Assembly (NCBI GenBank): GCA_021432655.1
Contig: MU271317.1
Span: 1 to 54,126 of the forward strand
Direction of reading: 5' to 3'
DNA: 54,126 nucleotides
DNA from: Atractiella rhizophila
Lineage: Eukaryota
The notes under the pieces were generated by a model, which worked only from the letters and a program-made list of their open reading frames with translations, was not told the DNA's origin and did not search any database. The translations under genes were made by a program, and so were the position numbers. The stretch's first letter is position 1, and each line of letters begins with the position of its first letter. Positions 12,901-28,018 of the stretch are shown here, piece after piece.

Positions 12901-13432
12901 AAGGATCCTGTAAAGCGCGCAAAGATCGATGACATTCGAGTACGTTTCCATTCTCCTTCGTGACGGTTCTAATAGAGGGATGTTACAGGACCATGCATGG
13001 TTGACGAAGGATGGAACAGACCCCTTGATTTCGAAAGAGGAGAACGTGACCTATGAACCGATCGCTATCGAGGTAGAAGATTTGAAAGCAGCGTTCCAGC
13101 CGAGAGTACCGCTTACTGTTCTGAGAGCGGTGGGCAAATTCCGTCGCCTGACGTCAGAACGAAAGTCTTTGAGCGCTACAGAAGTGCAAAGGGACATGAT
13201 GTCCCAATCGAACAACAGCTCCGACACCGTACCTCGTCCGCCTGCATTCTCCCAATTGTCGACCCCTAGCCCGGAGAGAAGGGACACGCTTTCCGTGGAG
13301 GATGCCGAACGCATCATCGCGACGAGCCCTGACAGATTCGTCCCGCAGAGTCCTGATAGATTCGTCGTCCAGAGTCCCGTGACTGAAATTCCGTTGTCGT
13401 CTTCCATCCCTGCTCATGATCACAACAATTAA
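9985..13432 (+). CDS. Ser/Thr protein kinase, CaMKK/Ssp1/Sak1-like, with long disordered N-terminus
   Basis: LNQY...LGKGSFGSV, YAVKEFSKSTL, EVAVMKKLDH, HRDIKPDN, DFGVSE, GSPAFLPPE, ADVWAAGVTLY. First intron 10625-10680 joins the two long ORFs. Confidence 0.88.
11363..11399 (+). repeat. Coding hexanucleotide repeat (GGCAGC/GGAAGT) encoding GSGSGSGSGSGS
   Basis: ggcagcggcagcggcagtggaagtggaagtggcagc seen directly. Confidence 0.8.
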
Positions 13433-13694
13433 TACAAATTAGTGTGGATCCGTTGATTTGTAAAATAGGTTTCTCTGTTCCTTGGTATTGTTCTTGGATT
13501 TTGGAAACAATCTTTTGTGCTTCCTGCTACACTTTTTATTACATCACAATCGCTTATATTCTTTCCCCTCAATGCGTACTCTGTTGTCAGTGCAATCCAT
13601 CTTTCAAGCTTTCTTCAATGGTAAGAATGGAATTAAAGCATGGACAGAAGGCTGAGTAGTACTGTATGGAAGATAATAGACAACGATACTGAGC

Positions 13695-15368
13695 TTACTC
13701 CTGCTCCCCCTCAGCAGCTTTTGCCAGTTCGGCTTCTTCCAAGGCTTTCTCCCTTTCCCTTAGGTCCCGTATCCAATCTCCAAACGTCCAAACTAGCTTG
13801 GTCGTGTTCATCCTGAACTTAGCGCTCACAGGTATAACTCGTAAAGCCCCTTCCCTTCCTTCCTTCCTTTCTGTTTCGCGCACCCATTCCTCGATCTTCA
13901 GTAACGTTGTACGTCCCACTTCGGGATCTACTTCGTCCATCTTCGTAACAACCACACCCCATACGCGCTTGTCCAAACCGTCCATGTAAGCGATCAGCTC
14001 GTTCCTGAGTACCTCCAGCTCTTCCCACGGCTTCCCATCAGCACCGTGAATGGAAACGACATAAAGGAGAGCTTTGGCTCGTTCCACGTGGCGAAGGAAG
14101 GCATGTCCAAGTCCGACGTTCTTGCTTGCGTCTGGCAAGAGTCCAGGGCAGTCCATCATGGTGAACCGAAGTTTCTCCTCCTTGCCCGCATTCGCAAACT
14201 TCCCTCCTGGAGGACGCCAGCGGGCCTCTCCATCCTCAGGACTGTCTGCAATCACATCGTCACGACCGTCACCGAAGGATCCATCTGTGAATAGTTGGAC
14301 CACCCCAAGGTGCGGATTCATTGTGGTAAATGCGTAAGGAGCGATATGTGTTCGAGAACTTGAGACCGCACGAAGGAGAGTCGACTTTCCTGCGTTCGGG
14401 AAACCCACAAGGGAGACGTCGGCAAGCAGTTTGAGCTCGAGGGACAGGCGTAGTTCTTGACCTGCATCTCCACGTGTAGCAATCTTTGGTGAACGAATAT
14501 GCTCGCTGGTAAACGCGGGATTTCCAAGACCTCCTGCTCCTCCACGTAAGAGGAGGATTGGAGCAGGAACGGATTGGGTTGAAAGATCGTAATTGAGGAT
14601 TGGCCGACGGAGGGAGTTTTTGAGCGTATGTTTGTGTTCGACAATGGTCTGTAAAAGAAGACGGAGGAAGTGAACATTGTTTGGGTCCAATTCCATCGAT
14701 GGAGAAGGATGGGAGACGAAGAAATGCTCTTTCAGAGCCTTCAGCCTCTCCTCCTCCTCCAGCTCCTCCTCTGGCGTTTCTGCCTCGTTCTCCTCAACCT
14801 TCCGCTCCAGGACATGCACGCCAGCACCCTCCAAAGGTTTCCACTCGGACCCTTTTTGTTCCCTCTTGATCTTCCTTCTCAAAAACTTACAATCCTCGTC
14901 CACCTCCGCAATCCTCTCCCTAACCTTCTCCTCCCACACCTCCCTATCAATCTCCGTGACCACCGTTCCTACTGGAACCCGCATAACGACATCATCTCCT
15001 TTCTTCCCACCCTGCCAGCTCCCCTTGCCGTGTTCACCAGGCTTTGCGCGAACGAATCGTCCCACTCCTTTCAGCGATGTCATTCCTTTTACTGGCAAAA
15101 CGTAGACATTTCCGCCAGGGCCGCCATGACCGCCTGAAGGTGGCCCATAGGGAACATATGCATCTCTTTCAAAAGCTACGCAGCCGTTACCACCGACGCC
15201 GGAACGAATATAGAGGGAGGTGCAGTCGATGAAGCTCGTATTCTAGGACTTGAGGAATTGAGTTGTTTTACACTGAAAACTGAAAGCGCTTACCTGACGC
15301 CGTTTGAAGTCTGCCCTTCGCTTGGCTGCCTCTGATATATCGGTAAGGAATCTCCTAGCTATTCGCAT
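13695..15368 (-). CDS. MTG2: Mitochondrial Obg-family GTPase
   Basis: Gly-rich Obg domain (GGNGCVAFERE...GPPSGGHGGPGGNV), ELKLLADVSLVGFPNAGKST, YAFTT, DCPG, TKMD, VSAK. Likely start MRIARRFLTD followed by an intron. Confidence 0.9.
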
Positions 15369-15560
15369 GTTGGGTTCAGAAATTTTGCAACGACCTCGGG
15401 CGGAAAAGCCGAAACAAGGGACAGTTTGTTGTTTGTCAGGATACCGGAAGCTTTCTGAAGACCCAAAGTAAAGGATGCTGCTCTTGTCTGTTCGTGTTCG
15501 TATCTCAGTCATTTTGTTAGAGAGCTGTACTGTGTATTCGTAACTTGCTGCAAAGCGCCC

Positions 15561-15933
15561 ATGGTTCCTCTCCGCTTTACGTTGCTAGTTGGGTCGCGCT
15601 GTCAACTCTGTCATTCCTTTTCGAGCCGCCTCTTCGACCATCCTCAAGCACATAATCTCACCGTCAAACTTGTCGACATTCAACAAACTGAACCACCTGC
15701 TGCCAGTGGAATTGATGCTGCGAGGTTCAAGGAACTGAAGCAAGAATGGAGATATGATATTCCAGTGTTGATGTACAAGGGGAAGGAGGTGATGATGCAT
15801 AGGTTTGATGACCAGAAGTTTGAGGAGCTTTTAAGGAATATTCGGAGCAGTGAGATTCGTATGTTGTCCCCAAACATGTTCTGGACGAAGGTACTTACAC
15901 GTTGTGACAGATACTCCAGATTCGCCCCCTTGA
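15561..15933 (+). CDS. Glutaredoxin-like (DUF836-type) small protein
   Basis: CQLC CxxC motif, VDI...WRYDIPVL...MMHRFD. Probable intron 15860-15910 with stop at 15931-15933. Confidence 0.75.
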
Positions 15934-16089
15934 CTGAACATGTTTGTGTCACCGTCCTAAAGTGTGGCCATTTGTCATTCTCTTTGCCTTTGCTAAAGTG
16001 TTGAAGGATTCTTGACAGCTAATAGAATCACGACTGCTGTGTCTCATCGCTGAAGACTACATGAACAGACATCCAACATTCATATTTTT

Positions 16090-16961
16090 TCAAAGTACAC
16101 CGCAAGCACCAATCCAGACCCTTTCACTAGTTTTGCCATCATCACTGGCGCTTCCGCGCTCACTGATCTGACTTAAGAGCTCCAGACCTTCTTTGAGCTT
16201 CCCAAATACCACGTATTTTCCGTCCAACTTCTTCAGTTTCGTCGGGTCATCAGTGAGGCAGACAAAGAATTGAGATGTGTTTGAGTTCTTGCCGCTGTCT
16301 TGAAATCAGTCATATGCTCTTTCCAGGGCGAGAGTGGTGATGAGATACCTGTTCGCCATGGCCAGACATCCTTTTGAGAATTTAGCTTGCAGCCCTTCTT
16401 TTTCGTCGTTAAACTTCCCACCATCTAAGCTCAGGTGAGCATTTGATGGCACGAGGAAGTACCACATACAAATCGATTCTCCCCCGCTCCCGTCCCCTCT
16501 CGTCACATCTCCAGTCTGGGCGACAAAGTCCTTGACGATACGATGTACAGCGCAGCCTTCATAGTGTAAAAGCTTCCCTCGCTTGTTCGTAAATCCCTGG
16601 ACCAGGTTAACAAAGTTCTGAGTCGTCTTGGACAGTCCTGCGCTAGCATTGAGATCGAACTCTAGACGTGCGATCGAAAGGGGAGAAGGGAGGTTAAAAC
16701 GGATAGGAGCTCCTGGCTGTCAATTGCCATTAGCATGCGTTCTAGCTGAGTCGAAAGAGGACTTGCGTGACGAGCTTGATATGCTTCACTGATGGTGTCA
16801 CGCTCGGTTTCGTCTAGGTCTTGAAGTTCCTTCTCTGGTGGGATTCCATACGTATTCCGGTTCGCAGCGAGAAAGCCTGAAAGGGAATGGTATTCCTTCG
16901 TCTGGGAGGCGTGCAACTCTGCATCTCCAGCATAGATGTCGAGGAAGACGCTTTTTGACAT
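16090..16961 (-). CDS. Cyclophilin-type peptidyl-prolyl isomerase with N-terminal insertion
   Basis: VFLDI...KTTQNF...HRIVKDFVAQTGDVTRGDGSGGESI|YGGKFNDE...LAMAN...NTSQFF...LDGKYVVFG. Confidence 0.88.
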
Positions 16962-17181
16962 GGTTGCTCAACTGCCATTATTGTCGTTGTGTCGTTGTGT
17001 TTCTGTCGCAACTTTAGATCAGCACTGTCTGACACCCCCTTGTTATTTCGCACAGAAAAGCCGGGCGAACACCAGAGAGCCTGTGGTAGAGAATCAAGAG
17101 GACTAAATGGTGCATTGCTCCACAAAAGAAACAGCGAACAGATCTACAGCAATTTATCGATATACCTTCTTCTTTACTTCC

Positions 17182-20012
<2,831 letters not shown>

Positions 20013-20808
20013 TTTGGAACGGAAAATGGCTGAAGAACTAATACAACGTGAGAAAAGAAGAGGTTTAGAAAATCTGGGGATGGTGTAGAGAGCCAATGCG
20101 CCGTTTTATCTCGTCGTCAGAGAGAGATGTTGATCGAATCTGGTTTACTCCACCCCAAGCAAGTCATGTTTGTTGCCAGAGTTGAAACAACCATTCACAA
20201 TGGACTGTCGACTCGACTTTAGGTCGAATCTCGTCGACTGAGGACCATTAGCGCTGATTCACGTGTATTCATCTTTGCCTGAGTCGTATTCTGTGATGGA
20301 GAATGGAGAATTGACGTTAAGCATTGTCCATGTTAAAGTCTATAAATCGATAACCATTTACAACTGTCTTCATCTTGTATGTCCTTCCATTTGAAAGTTG
20401 TGGGTGGACTCTTCTGTAAGCCTTCTCCTGCCACAATGGACAGTTGGAATGGGACGACACCGTCTAACGCATGCTCTGAAGACTTGTCTGTGTTCACAAC
20501 TGTCGTGCACTGAAATTTCGCGATTTTTCGTATTCCTCTTTAAGATAGTGCCTGTTGACATTCACAATTTTCCTTCTTCCAATTTACAGCAGCAAGCAAC
20601 AGCTGTGCGCCGCCAATCTAGTAATGTGGCACAGAGAACCGCCAGAATGCTAGGAGACAACAGGGAATTAACACTGAGAGCAAGCTTGCTATCCATATAT
20701 TTGTTTGATATTCATTCTTCTCCATTGCTAGAATGATGGCCTGTTTTGATTTGAATGCATACACATTATCCCAGATTCCTTGTCTTCGAAAAGCTTTTGC
20801 ATGTTACC

Positions 20809-22436
20809 CTAAAGTTCGTCTTTTTCCCTTCCGCCCAGCTTCTCCGCATAATTCATGTCATTTTTGACAACCACCGACAGCAGTTGAAATATCAGATCTG
20901 CGGCTGCAAATCCTGTTACTCCAGCAGGATCATAATCCGGTGCAACCTCCACAACGTCGAAACCAACAATGTTGAGATTGAGGTTAACAAATCCAGCGAT
21001 GATACGCTTCAACTCACGCGACGTCCACCCGCCGCTCTCTGGCGTGCCTACAAATTGCCCATCAGGAATATGTATACGTGGAGATACAAACGACAGATAG
21101 TTACCAGTAGCAGGTGCAAATGCTGGATCCAGGACATCGATGTCCACACTGATATAGACGAGATTGTCCCCTATCCTCCTCTTAACCTTTTCTAGTATTC
21201 CTTCCACACCAATCTCATCTATCTCATCTGTCTCCACTAATTCGAATCCCACTTCCCGATCATGCCTGTAGTCCTCTAGACCAGTCAACCTCGTCCGTAT
21301 CCCAAGGTGGATACTAGGTGCAAGAAGGTTCTCTTCCGCCGCTATGTGAAAGAAAGTGCCGTGGGTTGTGCGACCAGAGCCATAATGACTGTGCTCCACT
21401 GCAGTTGCGTTGCCAAGGTATAGATCATCTGGAGTCCATGTGTCTCTGTGTACGATCAGATAGAAGAAAGGGACAAAGAAAGAGGCTGACAAGTGAGCGT
21501 CAAAGTGGATTACTGAGATTTGGCGCTGGTAGACTTGAGAAAGTGCTCTGAGGATTGGCTACAAAGGTGACGTGAGCCATGTCATGATTTTATTTGGATG
21601 ACAGACCTACCAGGACGATCGTGTGATCTGCATGACAAGAATTGATGCTCAGCCAAAGCTTAGCAAGAGAAAAGCGAAAGGACGAACCACCGCCTAATGT
21701 AGCAATTTTTGGGTGGGTGGAGAAGGGTGCTTTGAAGTTCAAGGATGAACGCAACAGGAGGGATTTATATGCCTGAATTTCAGTTACATTTGAGCTCAAG
21801 ACGGCAGGTGAGAGCATCAAGTGGAAGCACTTACAGATTCCAGCATGTCTATCGCCAGTCGATTCGAGAACGGCGACATAGGAACATCGCCGCAATCTTC
21901 AGCAAGTGTTGTCACCTCATTTTAACACCGATGAAAACAAAACAAGACCCATACCTAGGACCCTGTATCCGGAAGCGTAAGGATTCACCTCCAACCTTGA
22001 CGAGTATCCCATCGCTGGCCTCTGTCGTCTGGAGCCAGTACGGATACCATGGGGCCCAAACCTCGCTCCTGGCCTACGTGATCAAACAGTCAGTCAGAAT
22101 CTCACCTGAATGGACTTGAGTAGACGCAATGTGGGAAATGGACGCACCGAAAAGTCGTAGTAGTGTCAAAAGGAGCGCCGAGGATTGCGATATCGTACTC
22201 GGCAGAGAGATTGCTAAGGCAAGGATTGTGAGGAAGGTGAGCAAAGGTGTTAATGCCTTCAAAGAAGCAGTCAAGCGGATTGTATCGTAAATACTGTGAG
22301 GGAAGGGCAAACCTGAGAAAGACAAGTCGGGTACCACTCCGAATCGCGAGAGATAGGGATCTTCTTCAGCGGAAAGGCCACTGCAGACGGCAGTGAACAC
22401 CGCGAGGGTGAAAGGGACGTGCAATGGCAGGAACAT
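20809..22436 (-). CDS. Agmatinase / ureohydrolase (arginase family) with signal peptide
   Basis: Hydrophobic N-terminus; LGG|DHTI, HFDAH..DTW, HGTFF, HLGIR, YISVDIDVLDPAFAPATG|TPESGG, DVVEVAP. Confidence 0.9.
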
Positions 22437-22687
22437 ATTTTGGCTGTCCTCGATGGCAGTCCCACAGAGACACTGCAAGGCAGAATGTTGTGGATGCTGT
22501 TCGCAGCTTTTCTCGGTGATCCATCGCCGAAACAATCGTGATTGAATTGTTGAATCTGAATCTTATAATTATCTCTCCTGAACAGGTCTCCAGGGACAAC
22601 AAGACTCCAGCCGCAGACTAACGATTGAGATATTATTTCAATAAATAGGGAGGTGAAAGTACAACATCACAGCACAACCGTACTTTT

Positions 22688-24865
22688 TCAAGATAAGCTA
22701 CAGCAAGATTGTCAACAAACGATTAATGAGGAAGGAGGACGTACGTTACAGAAGTATCTGCGATGTTGAACAAATCTGAGCTAGCTTGGGGTATGCAGTT
22801 GAGTCCAGTGCTGTCTTGACGTTTCACATTGAGTGCGCCGTGCCCAAGTCGTTTGATTTGCCTGTTACGATGGTTGTCTACAGCTCGTCGTGTCTTTAAC
22901 CGCTTTGTCGTAGCTGTAGCGTCATCTCCGAAACATTTCTATCTCAGTACGTCAAGACAGGCCAAGTAAACTGGTGAGAGAAAGAGCGAACGTTGAGGAT
23001 CTGGAAATCTTTCGAGAACAGACTGATGGTCGCGTCCTTCTTGAAGATGTCAAAGAAGTCAGCGGAAGCTCCAGCGTTAACATCCAATCCGGCTGCAATA
23101 TCGAGACAACCAGAGAACTGGGGATCCGAAGCAGTGATAGGAACAGAGAGATTTTGATTGATCTCTGGACCGGTGACTGCAAGATTCGCGTTGAGAGTCG
23201 CTGATGAGTCGAGGTTGAGGAACACTTCTGCCTTCGCGATAGAAAGAGCGTCGAGACCGATTGAGATCTAACGAGTTGGATTAACAGCATTCGTGGTGAG
23301 AGATCAAGAATGACAGACAGAAGGAATAAGATGAAATTCTAATGTACCGCTCGCTGTAGCTTCAGGGGAAACACTGAGCGAGAGATCTGTGTTCCTGTCG
23401 TCAGCGTCTAGTGTCTCCTACGGCTCTCTTAGTAGTAAATAAACACAACTGACCAGCAGGGTTAGGTTTCCAAGTTCCGCCACTTTGGAACTGATCGTTA
23501 GGGGGAAAGAAGAGGATTGTATCTTGTGTGCTGTATGACAGATCAACTTTGAGATCCGCATCTACTTGGATGCCCGCTTTCGCTCGTGCAACAATGTTGA
23601 AGGAAGGGCCAACGTTCAGGATGCTAATCCGTATATTCAGAGCTTCGAAACACCAACTGATAACAGGAGACTAACCCGGGAAAGTTTAAGCCTGCGAGGT
23701 TGGCTTGGAAAATTGTAATGTCAGGTGGGGCCACGCTGGCTCCTGCATGTGCTTTGATATCAAGTGTTCCTCCCAACGAAGCGCTTAGGCCTTCCTCCCT
23801 TCAGTGAGCGAAGAAATCTCCACGACAATAAGCACGCTCACCAGCATAGACGGCAAAATTGTCCAACACGGGAGGTACGATGGTACCAGTCGCAACTATC
23901 CCGATAGTAACGTCACCTTCAAATCTTCCACTGACATCAACATCGAATCCCGCATCAAAGGTGGTTCCATCAGGTAGAGAGCAGCTGATGGATTCGTCCA
24001 ACACCGTCAAATTCTTGGAGAATGACAAGTGATCCAATGGTTCGGACTCGTTCACTTTAATCTGGTTGAACTTGTTCAGCGCGTCGGTGATGAAGTCGAA
24101 AAGGCCGCGTTTGGTAGCAGCCTCTGACGAGTCAGCGGGTGTGACTGTCGCGTTGTCCGCTTGACCAGGGAGGTTGGAGCCTTGGATAGCAATATTCACG
24201 GTTCCAACGCTGTTGGAAACAAGATTTAGAATCTGTCTGTGAACAGGGAGTGAGGACCAACGTTGAAGGATCGACTGCCGCGAAGTTCGTGTCAATCGCG
24301 AGGCCATGGACTGTTGGTATTCTTCCTGACTTCGCTAGCTTGACATTACTGGGAATGGACTGGTTCTTGTGCGTCCAAACTCTCGCTACTCTGGCGAAAG
24401 GCATCTTTCCGCACTAATCCTTCTCATTATTGTCTGCGATCGATGAATAAGTTAGGAAGCTTACACTCTCTGGCAATCTCACCAACTTGTTGACTCCACC
24501 TCCACGCCCAGAGAAGAGGTTGTTACACCCTTCATCACCGCGAGGGCAGACAATGCGGATGTCCTGTGAAAGCGAGGTAGCATTGCAGTCCAATATCGTC
24601 CAACCAGCGGCAGACGTGATATCCGACAAAGCAGACGTGTTTCCCCACTTCGCCATGCAAGCTTCAGAAAAGCTTATGGTGAGATAGAGGAGAGAGGACT
24701 GACCACTCTCATGCTTCCCAGAGAGCGACTATTGGTCTCCTTGTTGAAGGAGACGGGGAGATCGTACGAACATTGTCCTGACAAGCAAGGGACGGACCAG
24801 TCATTTGTTCGTGCTGAGACGAGGGAAAAGACAGAAGATACAACCGAAAGGAATATGAAATGCAT
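22688..24865 (-). CDS. Secreted, Cys-containing conserved hypothetical protein of basidiomycete type
   Basis: Signal peptide MHFIFLSVVSSVFSLVSA; NDWSVPCLSGQCSYDL, SDITSAAGWTILDC, KLVRLPES|CG..PFARVA; beta-rich C-terminal part; many introns. Confidence 0.7.
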
Positions 24866-25488
24866 GCTTGATGCCTTTTTAGAAAAACGAAAGAATTTCT
24901 ACCTAATTTTGTTTGAAGGAAGGAGAACGGTAGGCACAGTCCGTCGAGTAAGAGAAGGGAAGGAAGCGTAATCTCAGCTACAAGCTGTTGGCCGCAACAA
25001 AGAAAGAAGACACAGATTCCAGCTTCAACGCAGACAGGCTGAATTTATTGTGCCCTCCCTAGCCTAACTGCCGTTCATCGCACCCAAGCCCTCTGACATG
25101 ACGACCGTCAGAATTGAACCAACATCTTTCCATGCTGCTTGCGCGCTGGTGCTAGTGTGATAACGTGCGCGGTCCGCGACTCACGAATGCCTGGGTACAG
25201 TAATTCCATGGTCAATTTCCATCTTCCAAACTGCGCAAGCAGTTCCCTGATCCTTGACTGGCTGCCCAAAACATCCTCCCCCACGCCCACTGATAAGTAA
25301 GGGTAACTTGAAGGACACCGCCCATCTCGAATTACATTGAACGAAACAACTGGAAAGCAGCACTAACAACTACACTACAAAATGATAACGAACGAACTTG
25401 GCGCACGTGACGACACGCGAGGGCGAACAGAAAGAGAAGAAAGAGAACGATTGCTGCTGGTATGGTGTAGCTCGTTAAAGCGAAGAGA

Positions 25489-27862
25489 ATGTCGTCAACA
25501 GCGCCAATAACCTACCGACACCTTCACAATGCTGGAACATCGGTCACGTAGGTTCAGGATCTTCCCTGTGTGCCCATCTTCGGTTTGACTCAACCTTTCC
25601 ACTGGTGCAGAAACCCGCTGCGAGTTATCGCGCACTGTGACATAGATGCTGCCTAGTGAGCTTTATCTGTAAAGAAACATTCTAGGCTGATTAGAATGTT
25701 CGAAGCGCACAATTCGAGATGTCCAGACTCTCGTTACCGCGAGATCTCCCTGTGGCAGTTCAACAATGGCAAGGATTAATCGCTATCAACTATCCAGCTC
25801 GAGCGTTCGGCATCACGAGACATGAAAAGATCGAAGACGCGAAGAAGAAATGTCCTAATATCAGGTTTGTGCATGTGGCCACTTACAAGGTCGGAAGTGG
25901 AGAGGAGGAGGGAGAAAGTGAGGTTGGATATTGGGAGAACGCGCGACCTGAGACTCACAAGGTACGCTTTTCCATCTCAGGTGTTAACGTATGGTGTGGA
26001 TAAAATTCTGAGGCATGTTTATTGTTTAAGGTCTCCCTCGACCCGTACAGAAGAGAGAGCCTGAAGATTCTCAAAGTCTTCTCGGAACATTGTCCAACAA
26101 TTGAGAAAGCTTCAATTGACGAAGCGTTTCTTGACCTCACACTACCCGTACGCCAGCTTCTCCTTGAGCGATATCCCCAGCTAGATTTCGAGAAACGACC
26201 TGAAGGCTCCGTAAAGCTTGATGATCCACTTCCGCCTGTACCCAGCGACTGGAGCTGGGAGGGGAAGGGTAATGTTATCAGGAAGGGAAGTGCCGAGAAA
26301 CGGAAACTGGGAGTAGACGATATTCCAGAGGAGATCGAGAAGCAGAAGGAGACGGAGACTTACACCTGGACGGACGTCGCTCTAGGATTAGGAGCAGAAA
26401 TGATGCAACGGTGTCGACAAGCTGTCCGTCCAACCTTTCCGTTCGACATATTAGAAGCAGAGTTGACTGCTGTCGGCAGGTCTACGACGAGCTACGATAT
26501 ACTTGTAGCGCCGGAATAGCGCAGAACAAGCTACTCTCGAAACTCTGTTCAGCTTGGAAGAAACCGAATGAGCAAACAATCCTACCGCCGGATGCGATAG
26601 CTGATTTTCTGCGACCACTTAACTTTCAAAAGCTCAGGAACCTTGGTGGGAAGAGAGGGGACGAGATTGCGAAGGAGTTCGATGTCGCAACGGTTGGAGA
26701 CGTTTGGTTTGTCTCAGTTTTGTTCACTATCAAAGCAGGAGACTGATCTTTGATGTGTATTGTGTGAAGGACGATTAGCTTGGATGAACTACAAAAGAGG
26801 TTCGGAGAGGAGGGTGGAATGTGGATCTGGCAGGTGGTTCGAGGTTGTTTACTCTTTTCCCTCCGTCGAATACTGGACTGATCAGAGACTTCAGGAGTGG
26901 ACCACTCCGAAGTGACTCCAAAGGTGCAAACCAAGTCGATGTTGAGCTCTAAGAATTTCAGACCCTACATCACGACATGGGAGCAAGTCGTCAGTCCCTG
27001 TCTCGTCATATTTTGCTTTTACCAACATCGTTGTTTTGGTTGGCTCTAAAAGCTGCATTGGTTTCGAGTCCTGTCCACCGATCTTGCCGCTCGTCTCACC
27101 GAATCCATTTCCCTATCCCCTGGTCTGTGGCCAAAAACGCTCGTCCTCCACGCTCGCAACTCGACTTACACGACAAAATCCAAACAGGCTCCTTTCCCGT
27201 ACACCTCCAACCTCTCCCCAGAATACATTACGAAGCTAGCCGAGAAGTTGATGCGCGACCTACAAGGCGAGAAGAAAAAGGGAGAGGAAGGCGGATTAGG
27301 GAAGATTACGAATCTCAGCCTCGCATTCAATGGTCTGGAAAGGATGGAGGCTGGGCAGAAGGGGATTGAGGGCTTTTTTGGGAAGGCTATGGACAGGATG
27401 AACGGGGATTCAAACAAGAAAGAGAGCTCGTCGAAAAACTTGGTCCAAGAGTCACCACCATCGAAGAAGCGCAAGTTAGAAGCCTCATCAGCGTCCCCTC
27501 CGAACCCGACAAAGAAGAAAAAGAGAACGGAACGGAAACCTTTCTTTCTGTGTCCTGAGTGTGGAAAGGAAGTTGAGATCCCTTCCAGTGTCCTCCCGGA
27601 CGAGATGGTTGGGGACGCTGAAGCGGTGCAAGCGGCATTGACCGCGGTGAAAGCAGAACATGAGGATTATCATTTTGCGAAGAAGCTGCATGAAGATGAG
27701 TTCCGACGAGGTCGGGGTGAGGAGGGGGAGGAGGCAAAACCGAAAAAGACAAAGAAGAAAGAGAGAGACAGAAAGGATGAGGAGGGAGAAGAAAGGAAGG
27801 CGAAGAAAAGGAAGAAACCTGGCGATCAGATGAGTTTGAAGGGTTTCTTCCAGAAAGCCTAG
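25489..27862 (+). CDS. RAD30: DNA polymerase eta (Y-family translesion polymerase)
   Basis: ITYRHL, RVIAHCDIDAAY|AQFE, AVQQW..LIAINYPAR, KVSLDPYRRES, EKASIDEAF, CSAGIAQNKLLSKL; UBZ (CPECG...EHEDYHFAKKL) and PIP box QMSLKGFF. Confidence 0.93.
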
Positions 27863-28018
27863 CCATACGCAGTGTTGTTTGAGATTGTACATCATATCAG
27901 TGTTCAACTAACTTATACGTGCAAGTCTATCCTGTTGTAGTTCGATCGATTCTAAGCATTTGCAGCCCTTCTAGAAACAAGGACCAAAATATAGACCAGA
28001 AGCAGTTGATAGCACGCC

